A stretch of DNA of 64,000 bases from Eledone cirrhosa. Lineage: Eukaryota. Both the position numbers and the translations under genes were made by a program. A model generated the notes under the pieces. That model had not been told where the DNA came from, did not search any database, and worked only from the letters and a program-made list of their open reading frames with translations. Below are positions 48,768 to 61,500 of the stretch, piece after piece. How positions within the stretch are numbered: the stretch's first letter is position 1; the number at the start of each line of letters is the position of its first letter. Location: contig OZ024743.1 in the NCBI GenBank assembly GCA_964016885.1, forward strand, positions 213,156,001 through 213,220,000, in the 5' to 3' direction.

Positions 48768-50945
48768 ATGCGAAAACACAACATTGACTTCTCTACCAAG
48801 AACATCCCAATCCCACCGAAAAAACTTTACCTTCGGATGCTCACGCAAAAAATCGATCTATTTGCGAAAAGACTTAGATGGAGAACTTTTTTCTATGATA
48901 GATATTGCGACAACCAAGACTTCGGCACCAAGGAGAGATTCGGATTTATTACCTACAAATCTCCGCCCCTGAACCCCTTGCTCGCACCCTTCGAGAATGA
49001 CCTCTTCCAACTGGTCAAGAACATTAAATTTAAACTCAGACACAACCGATTCCTACAAAAACTCCGTAGCAACTTAACAGAGTATGATAACACAAATGAC
49101 ATCATGGTGCATTCGGATAAAACTGGGAACATATACTTTGTCAACCCTGACAGATACCACACACTGATCAGGAGCAGCCTAAACTCCACCTATAAAAAGG
49201 CCAACCACTCTTGCATCGAGGACATAAATCGAGATGGACAACAAATCACCTCCAGCCTCGGGGTCGCCGACCGCACGGAACCTCTAGACCCACGGACACC
49301 ATACTTCACACTGAAGGACCATAAATCCGATTTTGACCGTAAACCCTCTATCAGGCTTATTAACCCAACGAAGTCCGACATAGGGAGAATCAGCAAAAAA
49401 ATCCTAGACCGCGTGATACCAAAAGTCAAGCAACACACCCGACTTAGCCTATGGATCAACACCCAGGAAGTAATCTCCTGGTTCAGCAATATGGAGGATA
49501 AACGAGAAACTAAATTCATACAGTTCGACATAGAGAGCTACTATGCTTCAATCACCTTACCGCTACTTACTGCCGCCTTGGACTTCGCCGAAACACTCGT
49601 GCCCATCACCGACCAGGAAAGAAAAATCATCCTCCACGCCAGGAAGACAGTCTTACTCTTTGACGACTCTAAATGGATAAAAAGAGCTCCCGACTCACCC
49701 TTCGACGTCAGCATGGGCGCCACGGATTCGGCGGAGGTCACTGATCTTATAGGATTATTCCTAATAGCCAAACTCACTGATATGTTTCCTGCATTCAGTG
49801 GTGGATTGTACCGTGATGATGGGCTCCTTACCCTTAAAGGGTACAACCCCAGTAGTACAGATCGGGTCCGGAAACAATTAATCAGATTCTTCCGCGACTG
49901 GGGATTTAAAATAACCCTACAAACGTCCCTGACCCGAGTAAACTTCCTGGACGTGACCCTCGACCTCGAAAACGACCTGTACTACCCATACAGGAAACCT
50001 AATGACAATCTGCACTACATCCACCGCCGATCAAACCATCCTAGGAACATCACAAACAACCTGGTCAAAAACATCTCCCTCCGCATATACCGTTTGTCAG
50101 CTAATGAGCGGATATTCGATGAACATGCGCCTTATTACAACCAGGCCCTCAAGCGGAGTGGTTTCCGGGAGGAAATATCCTACTGTCCAGCTCCCATTAG
50201 CGGAACCAGCAGGAGACACCGCCGCTCACGCAATGTAACATGGTTCAATCCTCCCCACAACGCAGAGGTGACTACTCCCATCGGGAAACTATTCTTTAGG
50301 CTCATTGAAAAACACTTCCCATTACAACACCGCTACCACAACATAATTAACAAAAATACCATCAAACTCTCTTACAGCACTACACCAAACTTCGCACAAA
50401 ACATCGTCTCCTCTAACAACAAAAAACTCTACCCCGATGGCAGAAATAACCTAAATAGTAGTGGAGAACCGACCAGGAGGTGTAACTGCCCGGATAGATC
50501 TATTTGCCCACTCGACAATAGATGCAGAGACCGTAATGTGATCTACCAGTGCAACGTGAGGACGGATACCTCCAACAAAGCCTATATAGGACTTACCGCA
50601 TGTGACTTCAAGACCCGGCTATACCAACATAGACATACCTTCCGAAACCCGGCCCGGCGTCACGCCACTACACTTTCGGGCCACATATGGGACCTCAAGG
50701 ACAACAACATCACCTATGATCTCACTTGGAGATTACTGTCCAGAGCCAATTCTTACACGGGAGGACGCCGTCCGTGCAATTTATGCTCGGAGGAAACTTT
50801 ACAAATGCTGTTTTCGACGGACCAACTCCTAAACAAGAAAGATGTACTGGTTACTGCATGTAAACATAGATTGCGTAGGACTTACCTCGCCCTCAAACCC
50901 CATAATGACCCGGGGGGGGGGGGGGGGGGTAGACTAGGGCTATAA
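48768..50945 (+). CDS. PLE polyprotein: reverse transcriptase + GIY-YIG endonuclease (~725 aa)
   Basis: FSTKNIPIP, SDKTGN, KDHK, FDIESYY, MGATDS, YRDDGL, FLDV, YRKP, SNHP, CNC-x5-CPL-x3-C, VIYQC...AYIG, FKTRLYQH, CNLC.EE. No internal stop. Confidence 0.92.
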   Translation: MRKHNIDFSTKNIPIPPKKLYLRMLTQKIDLFAKRLRWRTFFYDRYCDNQDFGTKERFGFITYKSPPLNPLLAPFENDLFQLVKNIKFKLRHNRFLQKLRSNLTEYDNTNDIMVHSDKTGNIYFVNPDRYHTLIRSSLNSTYKKANHSCIEDINRDGQQITSSLGVADRTEPLDPRTPYFTLKDHKSDFDRKPSIRLINPTKSDIGRISKKILDRVIPKVKQHTRLSLWINTQEVISWFSNMEDKRETKFIQFDIESYYASITLPLLTAALDFAETLVPITDQERKIILHARKTVLLFDDSKWIKRAPDSPFDVSMGATDSAEVTDLIGLFLIAKLTDMFPAFSGGLYRDDGLLTLKGYNPSSTDRVRKQLIRFFRDWGFKITLQTSLTRVNFLDVTLDLENDLYYPYRKPNDNLHYIHRRSNHPRNITNNLVKNISLRIYRLSANERIFDEHAPYYNQALKRSGFREEISYCPAPISGTSRRHRRSRNVTWFNPPHNAEVTTPIGKLFFRLIEKHFPLQHRYHNIINKNTIKLSYSTTPNFAQNIVSSNNKKLYPDGRNNLNSSGEPTRRCNCPDRSICPLDNRCRDRNVIYQCNVRTDTSNKAYIGLTACDFKTRLYQHRHTFRNPARRHATTLSGHIWDLKDNNITYDLTWRLLSRANSYTGGRRPCNLCSEETLQMLFSTDQLLNKKDVLVTACKHRLRRTYLALKPHNDPGGGGGGRLGL

Positions 50946-52044
50946 CACCCCATTTGCCGATTTTGCAATGGGTAACCCCTGCTTGCCAAGGAAGACGTAA
51001 GATCTTCTTTGTATTCTTTTATCGCTTCCTTTATTTCCTTCCCCCTCTCTCCTTTGTCCTTCTACCCCAGCTCTTCTCCTTTGTCGGCGTATTTTCTCGC
51101 CCACCCGAGGCTGCCCTTTGGCCCCATGTAGCCTTAGTACCCCCACCACCCCCTCCCCTAGTCTATGATAGATTTGGCGGACTCCGCCCTTTATAGCAGT
51201 TGGCTTAGACCCCGGATACTTGCCCCCTTTTTCCGACCGCTCCCACTATTCTCTGTGCCCTCTATATTTCTTAGTGGCACTTATGCCTTATTTTTTCGTT
51301 TCAGTATTTCTTGCTTCGCTTTTCTTCTGGGCGGGGTGGATTCTGAATTTATTTCTCCGTATTCTACCTTTATTTCGTACGAACTTTCATGTAGCTTGTT
51401 TTAGATCTTTTAGAGTTAGCATTAGTATATATTTTTCTCGGGACTCAGAATTATTATCTTCTTACAAGTTCACTTTGCTGCACTGGGTCGTTGCTGGCTC
51501 GGGATGGAAACCTTTATTGTTTATTTCGTGGTAGTCTCTTTAGTATTTTGGCCCCTTTTGTTGACCCGTGACCGTATCATTTACGTACTTATACCTCTTA
51601 AAAGGGTCCTTGCCTAATCCGTCCCACCTAGTTCTTTTACTTATTTCGTTATTTATTTATTTATTTATTTCTTTACTTCTTTCTTTCTTTCTTTATTTTA
51701 TTCTAGCCTAACAATAGCCTGGCACCTAGGTCGTAGAATTTAATTTACTTTACTTTTTTCTTTACACTTATTTGTTTTTCTTCACTATCAGTATTTTTTC
51801 TTTCCTATATATTTCTACCCCCCATTGTTCTACCTACCGTTCCGACTTCCTCCCCCTCCCCCTCCCCTGTATCTTCTTTGACCTCATGCCCAGCTGTAGC
51901 TGGCACTACCAACGCTTGATTGGGTCTACTCCACCCCCTCCCCTCTTTCTCCTACTGGCAGGTTTAGCCACCATCTCCCCTACTAATTTGCAACCACAGA
52001 ATTACTACTGATTTTTGACAATCACTTTGACCATATATGGAATT

Positions 52045-52138
52045 ACCCCTTGAGAAGATCGGCTATTTAAATACCAGGATAAATTTTCATTTAGTCCAGA
52101 ATTAGCCGTCGAAACGGCTTGAGCTCAGCTGTCGGGGT
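52045..52138 (+). ncRNA. Type I hammerhead ribozyme, U3:A8 core variant, at the PLE 3' end
   Basis: ACCCC-TTGAGAA-GA(t)CGGCTA...TAGCCGTC-GAA-ACGGCT(tgagctc)AGCTGT-C-GGGGT. All three stems pair. Predicted cleavage after GUC at 52133. Confidence 0.8.
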
Positions 52139-52675
52139 CTTACTGGTTCCTATATAAATATATATATATATATAGGAGATGAATAAATTTGGTATAATAC
52201 CAGTTTCTTACAAAATGCAGAGAAGCTCGATATATTAACCCCTTAGAATAGGGCACAGGGCATCATTTTTTCAAAATTATATATATACAGTGGCGGTGAG
52301 ATGGGGGCTGGGTGGCATACTCTCTCCCAATAATTATATTTTCTCCCCAAACTACCAAAACACATTGATTTGGATATGTGCTACAATTTATGTACATGTT
52401 ATGTTTATCGTATATCGAAGTTTTCTGACCATTTTAGATTGCAAAGTACTAAACTAATCACTACAAATAAATTGTCCAAAGTTGCCCCCCCCCCCCCCAT
52501 TCATATTCTTCTATATATGTGTGTAGGAGTAATTAAGTATTAAGTATTAAGTATATAAATATATATATGCGTATAATGATGGTTAGGAGGTATTTACCTT
52601 GGGTTTGTTTAAAATATGGAAGGAGTTATGAAGTATGACTTGGTTCGGGACATTACAAAGAAATAGTTGTATAAT

Positions 52676-52790
52676 AATTGTTTCTACTTTTGGCACAAGG
52701 CCAACAATCAGCCAGTGTGTTACTGGTACTTTATTTTATCGACCCCGTAAGGTTGAAAGGCAAAGTTAACCTCGGCGGGATTTGAACTCA
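52676..52790 (-). mobile_element. 5'-truncated Meta-like SINE
   Basis: Family motifs. Confidence 0.75.
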
Positions 52791-53039
52791 TGAAACAGTT
52801 GTATAATAATAAAAACGCAGTCAATGAGTTTAGTAATGATATTAATGCTGGTATAATTATATCGTAATGAGTAGAGAAATTGAATGGCTTGAAGTATTGA
52901 CGGGTAAGGATTGATGGTATAAATGGCAGAGGCTATAGTAGAAGAGAATGACATATAGATGGTTAACGACGAGGAAGGAAAGAGACAGCTTATCATTACT
53001 CCTGGTAAACAGTTAAATGGTGATCTCTTCAATCAAGCG

Positions 53040-53250
53040 GTAGTATAATGTTCTCGTGTTTCAGTAAACAAGAATTAATGTCACGATATTTGGTGAAGAT
53101 CTCTGATATGACATTTAGATATCTACATAGAGTTTACGCACGATGTTTAGGTTTAGTTTGATTGAAGGGACATTAGCCTCGTAAATAATCTCTTCAGTGT
53201 TCCATCGTTGATTACGCGATGCATACGTTTGCATTTCTGTAACTGCAGTC
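53040..53250 (-). pseudogene. Highly decayed PLE GIY-YIG fragment
   Basis: CSYRNANVC.. followed, after a frameshift, by NQRWNTEEIIYEANV; resembles the CNC..CPL..C...IIY region of the intact PLEs. Confidence 0.35.
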
Positions 53251-53818
53251 AGCCATATTTAATTTAGTTGGTCAACTCATTAGTAAGTTTTGAATAATGA
53301 TTCATTTTCTCTCTCGGTGGTAAATGGAGAAATAATTATTTATTAGAGTGCTATTGCAATATTAAACTAAACATTTAAGGAGAAGAAAGGTGTGAATGAC
53401 TTAATAATTCGGCGTGTTTTCTTTCTGTAAGATGACGGAGTATCAGGCATATACATGATCTCATCGCTCATTGATATTTTCACAACTTTAGCAACGTTCC
53501 GTAACTATTACCATACACTCATTTGCACCTTCATAACTTCAACTGATTTACCTTTATACTCATTAGTATAAAGCAGTTTATGGATATCTCCATGATCGGC
53601 TCATACCTCATATGTACTACCCCGTTAATTTGAACAAATCTAAAGGAAATAACTTACCTGTAACAGTTAATATTAGTAAGTAATAAGTTATGCTTCGTAA
53701 CAAATATTCAAACACATAAGACTCTGCACGCAATTGAAAAATAACAAACAAAAAACAATTCATAGATGTCGCCGATATTTGAGTGAGAGGTTAAGTTTTT
53801 ATATATAACGGCTTAATA

Positions 53819-54010
53819 ATAATTGTTTCTACTTTTGGCACAAGGCCAGCAATTACCCAGTGCATTACTGGTACTTTATTTAACGACCCTGTAAGGATGA
53901 AAGGTAAAGTTAACCTCGGCGGGATTTGAACTCAGAATGGCAAGGGCCGTAACTCTATGCGTCAAAGCATGGTGTCCGACCCTCTACCGATACTGCCAAT
54001 CCACCGCCCC
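53819..54010 (-). mobile_element. Meta-like SINE
   Basis: Family motifs. Confidence 0.8.
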
Positions 54011-54152
54011 TACGGCTTAATAACAATAGCCGGGAGAACGAGTATAAAATAGCATAGTTTGAGCCTTCTTACTTTAGAGTATCTCCTTCGTACTCAAATG
54101 GTCAAACGTGGCCTAGATAAAGAATACATCCATAAACTAACACATATGTATG

Positions 54153-54193
<41 letters not shown>

Positions 54194-54426
54194 CAAACAG
54201 ATGGAGTACTTAGCTTTGATAAGTACCAAATAGTACGAAACAGAGCTCTGTCAGCTTCATCTCCCCCTGTTTGCTGAAAATTTAAAGTAAGTGACACTGT
54301 CACTACTCTAAACAAAAGCGTAAGGTCTTCAAAATGTTTTCAATTAAGCATACAGTGTATTGCAAAATACACTATATATACATTCATATATATATCGCTA
54401 TTTCAGAGCACCAATTCTAATTTAAT

Positions 54427-54547
<121 letters not shown>

Positions 54548-54594
54548 AATGAATAATAACAGGTAGACATCATAAAAAGGTAATTTATTCCGTG

Positions 54595-54706
54595 TGCTTA
54601 CAAATGTTTCCACGGTGGTACTACAGCCTAGTTATGTTATGTGCAAATTTATAACTATTTGCAGAACTCAAATATCCAATGCTGTGACCACTGTATCCTC
54701 AGAGCA
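54595..54706 (-). ncRNA. Type I hammerhead ribozyme at the 3' end of PLE 2
   Basis: TGCT-CTGAGGA-TACAGTGGT...(long insert)...ACCACCGTG-GAAACA-TT-TGTA-AGCA. GUA site. Confidence 0.8.
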
Positions 54707-55201
54707 GAATGGTTAAAATGTACAATGTAAATACCCTTAAGTGGAGTTGTTGTAGAAGATAGAGTAGAAAACGAAGAGAGAAAAGTAGGGGAGAGGGAGA
54801 GAGAGAGAAAGATATGCAGGGGTTGGAGAAATAGGAGAGAATGGTTTGTAGATATCTTAATCAAAATGTTATGGTAGGGGTTTTATTATACTGGTTACTT
54901 TTGGAGAGATGCGTTGATAGTTAAGGTCGGAATTATTTATTGCCCCGGAGGGCAGGTTCATAGATGTGGAGAGGGAGAGAGGTAGGCCAAAGGCGAGAGA
55001 GAGTGTAATGGATGTAGAGAGAGAGAGAGATAGAGAGGGGACAGACGAAGTCTATGTGTTGAGTGAACTTTGGGTTCGTAGTAGTAATCTGCGGATTGCA
55101 CTGAGTTACCATTTATAGTGATAAGCAGTGTATTGTCTCGTAGTGTGGGGGAAGAGAAGGTGGTTATTTAGAAAGCGATGTTGTAGTTACGGGTTCGAAT
55201 G

Positions 55202-56600
55202 TTAAGTTGTTTTATAGTGAGAGAATTTAGCTTTTAGTTTGTGGTTGCAGTATAATGATCGTTCAATTCTATCGTTAAGTAGTTTGTTTTTGGATTTTAA
55301 TATGTAAAAGAGTTCAAGGTTACATAACCTACAGTACTTCAATCCACTCCGATATGCACTTGCGCTGGAAAGTATATCCCATTTTAAGGTGAACTGTTGG
55401 TTGCGTTCACGGAGTTGCCAGGTCTTGTTGGCGAGCGTGGTCACAAAACGGTGATTAGGATGTTTGATTGAGAATCGATGACGGTACCAGCGAGATTTAA
55501 ACGAGGTGGTGGTAGATCCGATATAATACCATTTCTGGTCGTTCGATTCAACCGTGCATTGGTAAACAATGTTGGACTTTAGGCATTCATTCTTCAATGG
55601 ACATCTTTCAGGTAGATGGCAGTTACATTCTTTGTTGTGGGTAGCGGGTATACTATGGATAGGTTGTGATAGCAGTACAGGTGGATTGTGTAATACCCGT
55701 CTCCCATTTAGTGGTTGGGAGGCAGATATTACGTTCTGCCCATCTGTTACTAAAATATTTTGTTTTGTAGTGTTGTTTAATTGCTTTAAGTTAAGTTTTT
55801 TTTATGTATGCTTCCAGGTTTGGTGCCGTGGAGTATGATAGTCTAATAGTTTTAGAATTCAGAATGTTGCTGTATTTATGGGAACTAGGGAAATGTTTGT
55901 TGATTAACTTAAAGAATGAAAGAGATAGTTTTGTACTAATCGAGGTATTAAAAATAGGATTATACCAGATATACTTTCTACAACGTGATTTATTTGGTGG
56001 TGATTTTCTATTATTAGTATGTCTGGTGGTACTGTGTGTGCGCGCTTGTATTTCAGTACCCCGGTTACGTATTCTTTGATTTCGTGTAGAGCTATGTGTG
56101 TTATGGAGATTCTTATCAATGTATTCTATTGTATCCCGGTGGTCGGCATTCCTTAATGCATTATTATAGTATTCAGCGTGTTCACTAAAAATATCAGAGT
56201 TAGACGATAGGCGAGAGATTCTAAGAGAAATACTCCGGGGAACAGATTTGATCATGGAGAGTGGGTGGTTTGAGTTAAAGTTAATATACGTAAGGTTCTC
56301 ATTCATCTTGTGGAAGGGTCGTATCTGTCCGGTATTTAAATTAAGAGTTACGTCCAGAAAGTTTACTACTTTAAGATTGAATTCATATGTTATTTTTAGA
56401 CCCAGTTCACTAAAAGATTTTCTAATATTTTTCCGTAGCCTTTCACGATTTTGGTTATTCAAGTTATTAACTAATAAGAGCCCGTCATCTCTGTATATCC
56501 CTCCCTGTAGATTACTAAATTTACTATGTAGTATGTGGGCTATGTAAATTCCCACAAGATCCGTGACCTCCGCTGAGTCGTTGGAACCCATGGTAACATT
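55202..56600 (-). pseudogene. PLE 2 RT C-terminal half + GIY-YIG; single +1 frameshift in an A8 run near 55800
   Basis: VTMGSNDSAEV, YRDDGL, FLDV, SNHP, CNCHLPERCPLKNEC, IVYQC...YYIG, FKSRWYRH, CRLC. The frame re-opens if one A is removed. Confidence 0.88.
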
Positions 56601-56990
56601 TGTAAGCACACGGAAACATTTGTAAGCACACAAAAAGATTTTGGTTATTCAAGTTATTAACTAATAAGAGCCCGTCATCTCTGTATATCCCCCCTGTAGA
56701 TTACTAAATTTACTATGTAGTATGTGGGCTATGTAAATTCCCACAAGATCCGTGACCTCCGCTGAGTCGTTGGAACCCATGGTAACATTTGTAAGCACAC
56801 GGAAACATTTGTAAGCACACAAAAAGATTTTGGTTATTCAAGTTATTAACTAATAAGAGCCCGTCATCTCTGTATATCCCCCCTGTAGAATACTAAATTT
56901 ACTATGTAGTATGTGGGCTATGTAAATTCCCACAAGATCCGTGACCTCCGCCGAGTCGTTGGAACCCGTGGAAACATTTGTAAGCACACG
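56447..56990. repeat. ~189-bp triplication of the RT/inverted-repeat junction
   Basis: Three copies of GATTTTGGTTATTC...GGAACCC(A/G)TGG(T/A)AACATTTGTAAGCACAC. Confidence 0.92.
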
Positions 56991-57179
56991 GAATAAATTA
57001 CCTTTTTATGATGTCTACCTGTTATTATTCATTCTTTATATACACTCCGGAATACAGAAGGATCAGGAACTAAGTTTCTTCAACAATTTCTTCCATAACT
57101 CGTAGAGTAAGCTCTCACCGTACGTCAACCATATCCAGTGCAGTAATTAACCATTACTACATCTAGGATAATCCTATAC

Positions 57180-57216
<37 letters not shown>

Positions 57217-57748
57217 GTATTAATCTCCCGAGTCTTACAATTAATCTGTTAATAATTCTATTGACAGATTAATTGCATAAGTTTATTTTAAAAACTACCT
57301 GGTTGAGTGCTTATTCGATTTGTGCTATCTATGCAATTTTTTGTTTGATATACACATACTGAATTCATTTGCCAAATTCTGGGTTTTTTTCCCCTTTGTG
57401 AGTTACACATGTTCTTTTACAAAGTTCTACGTCATTCACAAAGTTGGTGTAGAGCAAAATTACCTGTTGATAACGTAATATTCCTTGTTCGATCATTATG
57501 CTAAAAGCTTATAGTTTTAAGCAGACATTATTATTGATTTAGGTGTCATAGAAACCCTGCATTTGGATTTTACCATTAATTCCATTTGGGTCCAGGTCGG
57601 CTTTTATCATTTATTTTGTTTGACCTGTTTAGCTTGATTTGTTTTTTGGCTTAAGTGGTTAATGCCTTCTTGACCACTTTTTCAGTTTGTATGGCGTTTT
57701 AACATATTGTTTAGCTCTAGCTTTCTATTGGATCGCTTGCCACGATTT

Positions 57749-57823
<75 letters not shown>

Positions 57824-57972
57824 GTGTTAAACGATATTCAATGATTATGTCAACGAATGAGTTTTACTGTAGATTGGAAGGACTCTACGAAAAATAATTT
57901 TCCGGAGTTATTCATACCTTGATTAAATCTTAACCATTTAACATCCCAGGGTATGTCATGTATCATTATATT

Positions 57973-58015
57973 TTGTCTGATGAGGACGTACTGTTGTACA
58001 TCCTAAATATGTATA
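57973..58015 (+). ncRNA. Decayed hammerhead motif
   Basis: CTGATGA-GGAcGTAC(tgtt)GTACaTCC-TAAA (G12 mutated), followed by AATAAA and a long (TA)n. Confidence 0.4.
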
Positions 58016-58050
58016 ATAAAATGTAATTGATCAAAAGAACATCTATTTTA

Positions 58051-58226
<176 letters not shown>

Positions 58227-58256
58227 ATATCTATATATATCTATATATATATATAC

Positions 58257-58319
<63 letters not shown>

Positions 58320-58323
<4 letters not shown>

Positions 58324-58530
58324 AGGCGTGTTGGTGGGTGGTTAGAGGATTGGATTCACAGTCTTGAGGTTGTGAGTTCGATTCCGGGCGATGATGCGAT
58401 ATGTCCTGGAGCAAGACACTTTATTTCACGTTGCTCCTTCAACATGGAGTTGCGACCGATAGATAGTATTAGCAACTGGAAAGATGAACGGAAACATTGT
58501 TTCCTCGGTCCGATTTGACGAAAGTCGATC
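58320..58530 (+). mobile_element. CORE-type tRNA SINE
   Basis: GTGAAGGCG..GGTTAGAG..GAGTTCGATTCC..GAGCAAGACACTTTATTTCAC. Confidence 0.75.
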
Positions 58531-59011
58531 GATATATATATATATATATATACATACTTATTTATATACACACACATACACACGATCATATACGAGTGAG
58601 TGATGTTGTGTTTCTGTGTGTGAGTGCAAAAGAAAAATGAAAAAAACAAAACGTAACAAAAAAAAAAACGAATATATTCAGAAAGATTTCTTTATTTAAT
58701 TATCTCCCTTTTTATCTAAACTTTTCTTTTTACATTTGTGCTTTTCAGTCCCTCGAATTTTATTGATCTTTCTTGATAAATACGTCTAGCAATCTTTATT
58801 TTGTTGACGTCTACGTCTTCTTGTTGGTCGTTGTTGTTGTTAAAGATGTTTTTGCTGTACTTGTTTTGTTGGTCTCTTCTCCGACTCAATTTTCTAATGT
58901 TATTTCATGTAATTTTGTTGTTGCTTTCTTTTTATGTTGTTGCTTTCTTTTTTGTCTCGGCAAATTTTTCTGTCTCACTTGTAAGTAAATAATATTTGAT
59001 ATCACTGGTAT

Positions 59012-59198
<187 letters not shown>

Positions 59199-59390
59199 TT
59201 ATATATATATACACACATCTATACAGACATACGTGCATTTATGTATATATATATAATACATATATATATATAATACATATATATACATATACCCTGCTCT
59301 CTCTTTTGTATTTCTCTCTCTATACACACACACACACACACACACTCACATATATATATGTACACACATCTACACAGACATACGTGCATT

Positions 59391-59448
<58 letters not shown>

Positions 59449-60416
59449 ATATATATACACATATACCCTACTCTCTCTCTCTGTATCTCTCTGTCTCTCT
59501 CTCTCTACACACATATATAATCTCTGTCATTTTTGACATGAAAACTATTAACTTTTTATTACCAAATCAACTTGTACGTTTTTCTACTTTTTCTGAATAC
59601 GTATATTATTTTTTTCAAATCTAGTTATATTTCTCCTTCTTCTTCTTATCATTGTCACTCCTCCATCTCATCCTTCCCTCTCCTTCCCTCTCCCCCTTCT
59701 TCGCACCTCCTCTCCTCTTCTTACCCCTCCTCCATATCATCATCATGTATACTACTAACGTCATGTTATCATTATCATAGCTGTTATTGCATCCAACATC
59801 AGTAACACAATTATCATCATTATCAACATCTTCATCATCATGATCACCCCCACCTGCCACTTATGTATGTAGTGTATACTCTGAAAGGAATAATATGTTA
59901 TGTCGTAGTCGAGATATCAATTCTAACAGTTCCGCTTGAGCTTTCTAATCAGACTTTACATATAAAATTCACGTCTCTTTCACGTCATCAAAGTTTACCA
60001 ATCAATTTAAATAAATCCCTACTACATTTATTATAAAAAGATATAGCTAATCTTGGATCGCATTAAATAATGATCTCAATGATATATTTAGAGTCATAGA
60101 TGAACATCCTCTCGGATTACTGAATTTTTGCCTTGGCAGACAACCTTTAGTTTCATTTTACGAGAGTGTATGAAACGAATCGACACACACACATACACAC
60201 ACACGCGCAGCCACACACACGCTGGCGCAGCTACACACATATACAGTTGTTCCCCGGTATTTGCGGGGGTACACAAGATTTCCAGTGTATTACAGGTATT
60301 TAGAGTATGTCAATCCAAATGAAAAGACAAAAGGTAAACTCCAAACGATTGAATGTTTTACTTAGGACATACACGGACGGACTTCAATAAACACCGCAAG
60401 ATAATTACTCAACTAC

Positions 60417-60820
60417 TAGTATTGGCTGAAATGTTCATAGGCTGACCAGGATACTCACATAACATAGAATTTGACCAACTGAGGTTTACTTTTCAACATA
60501 GTCCCCCTTGCTGTTCACAGAATTATTCAATCGGTGTTGCAATGCTTAGATCCCGATCGTTGAAGAAGCTGTCAACCTGTTGGTCGAAAAGGTCATCAAC
60601 AGCAGACATGACGTCCTCATTATTGCAATACTAGTTCCCAGTCAAATGTTTTTTCATGTTGGGGAACAGATGATAGTCAGATGAGGCCAAATCAGGGAAA
60701 ATAGGGAGTGTGATCAACCAGCTTAAGCCACAGTCACCCACAGCGGCCATTGGAATCAATGACGTGTGAGCTGGAGCATTGACCTGATGAAACAAGAACC
60801 CCTTTCGTCAGTTTTCTGAA
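60417..60820 (-). pseudogene. Mariner transposase 3' part with right TIR
   Basis: Minus strand PYFPDLASSDYHLFPNMKKHL (YSPDL motif) and GDYVE. The TIR matches the MITE family. Confidence 0.75.
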
Positions 60821-60926
60821 TATTTCATCAGTTTTCTGAATATTTCATATTCTAAAAATGATTTTTATAATGCAAACATAGCCACACATTTTAGGGATAG
60901 TTATATTGAATTGTTGTGAAGACTTC

Positions 60927-61055
60927 GTGGTTAGAGAATTAGATTCGATTTGTGAGGTTGCGTTATGTCCTTGAGCATGACACTTTATTTCCCGTTGCTC
61001 TTTCAGCAATTGAAGGACCAATGGAAACATTGTTTACTTCGTCCGATTTGACGAG
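60927..61055 (+). mobile_element. Decayed CORE-type SINE
   Basis: GTGGTTAGAG...TGTCCTTGAGCATGACACTTTATTTC. Confidence 0.55.
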
Positions 61056-61284
61056 ATGCACCTCAGTCGGTAAGCAAATGAGGTCTGGGGTTTTGTTAAT
61101 TGATTCGCTATACATAATCCCAATGACCTTTATTCTGGAAGCGGATATATTTGATTAAATCAGCCTCAGCAATTGATTGCTCGTTTATTGTATCAACCTC
61201 AGAAGGATAAAAGTCGACAGAAAGATTTCAATTCAGAACGTAAAGGGGCGTCAATAAATATTGTAATATATATTTCACTGTAAT

Positions 61285-61500
61285 GATAGTTTCTGATTTA
61301 GCACAACGCGAACAATTTTGGCGGAGGGGAAGTCGATTAAATAAACGCCATTGCGTTACTGTACTGTATTTTTTCGAACCAGTAAGGATGAAAGGCAAAG
61401 TTAACTTCGGCGGAATTTGAAATTAGAACGTAAAGGGACGTAACTCTATGTCACGAAGCATGGTGTCCGACGTTCAACCGATACTGCCAATCCAACGCCT
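61285..61500 (-). mobile_element. Meta-like SINE
   Basis: Family motifs. Confidence 0.7.

Larger units (their letters stand above)
48538..52152 (+). mobile_element. Penelope-like retroelement (probably Naiad-like), apparently complete, inserted in (TA)n
   Basis: 5' inverted repeat, intact RT-GIY-YIG ORF, ~1.1-kb pyrimidine-rich 3'UTR and a terminal HHR. (TA)n on both sides. Confidence 0.88.

Noticed and set aside
48768-50945. Selenocysteine (UGA) recoding, as reported for some Naiad PLEs
   Set aside because: No in-frame TGA. The conserved Cys positions use TGT/TGC here and in the CxC region of PLE 2.
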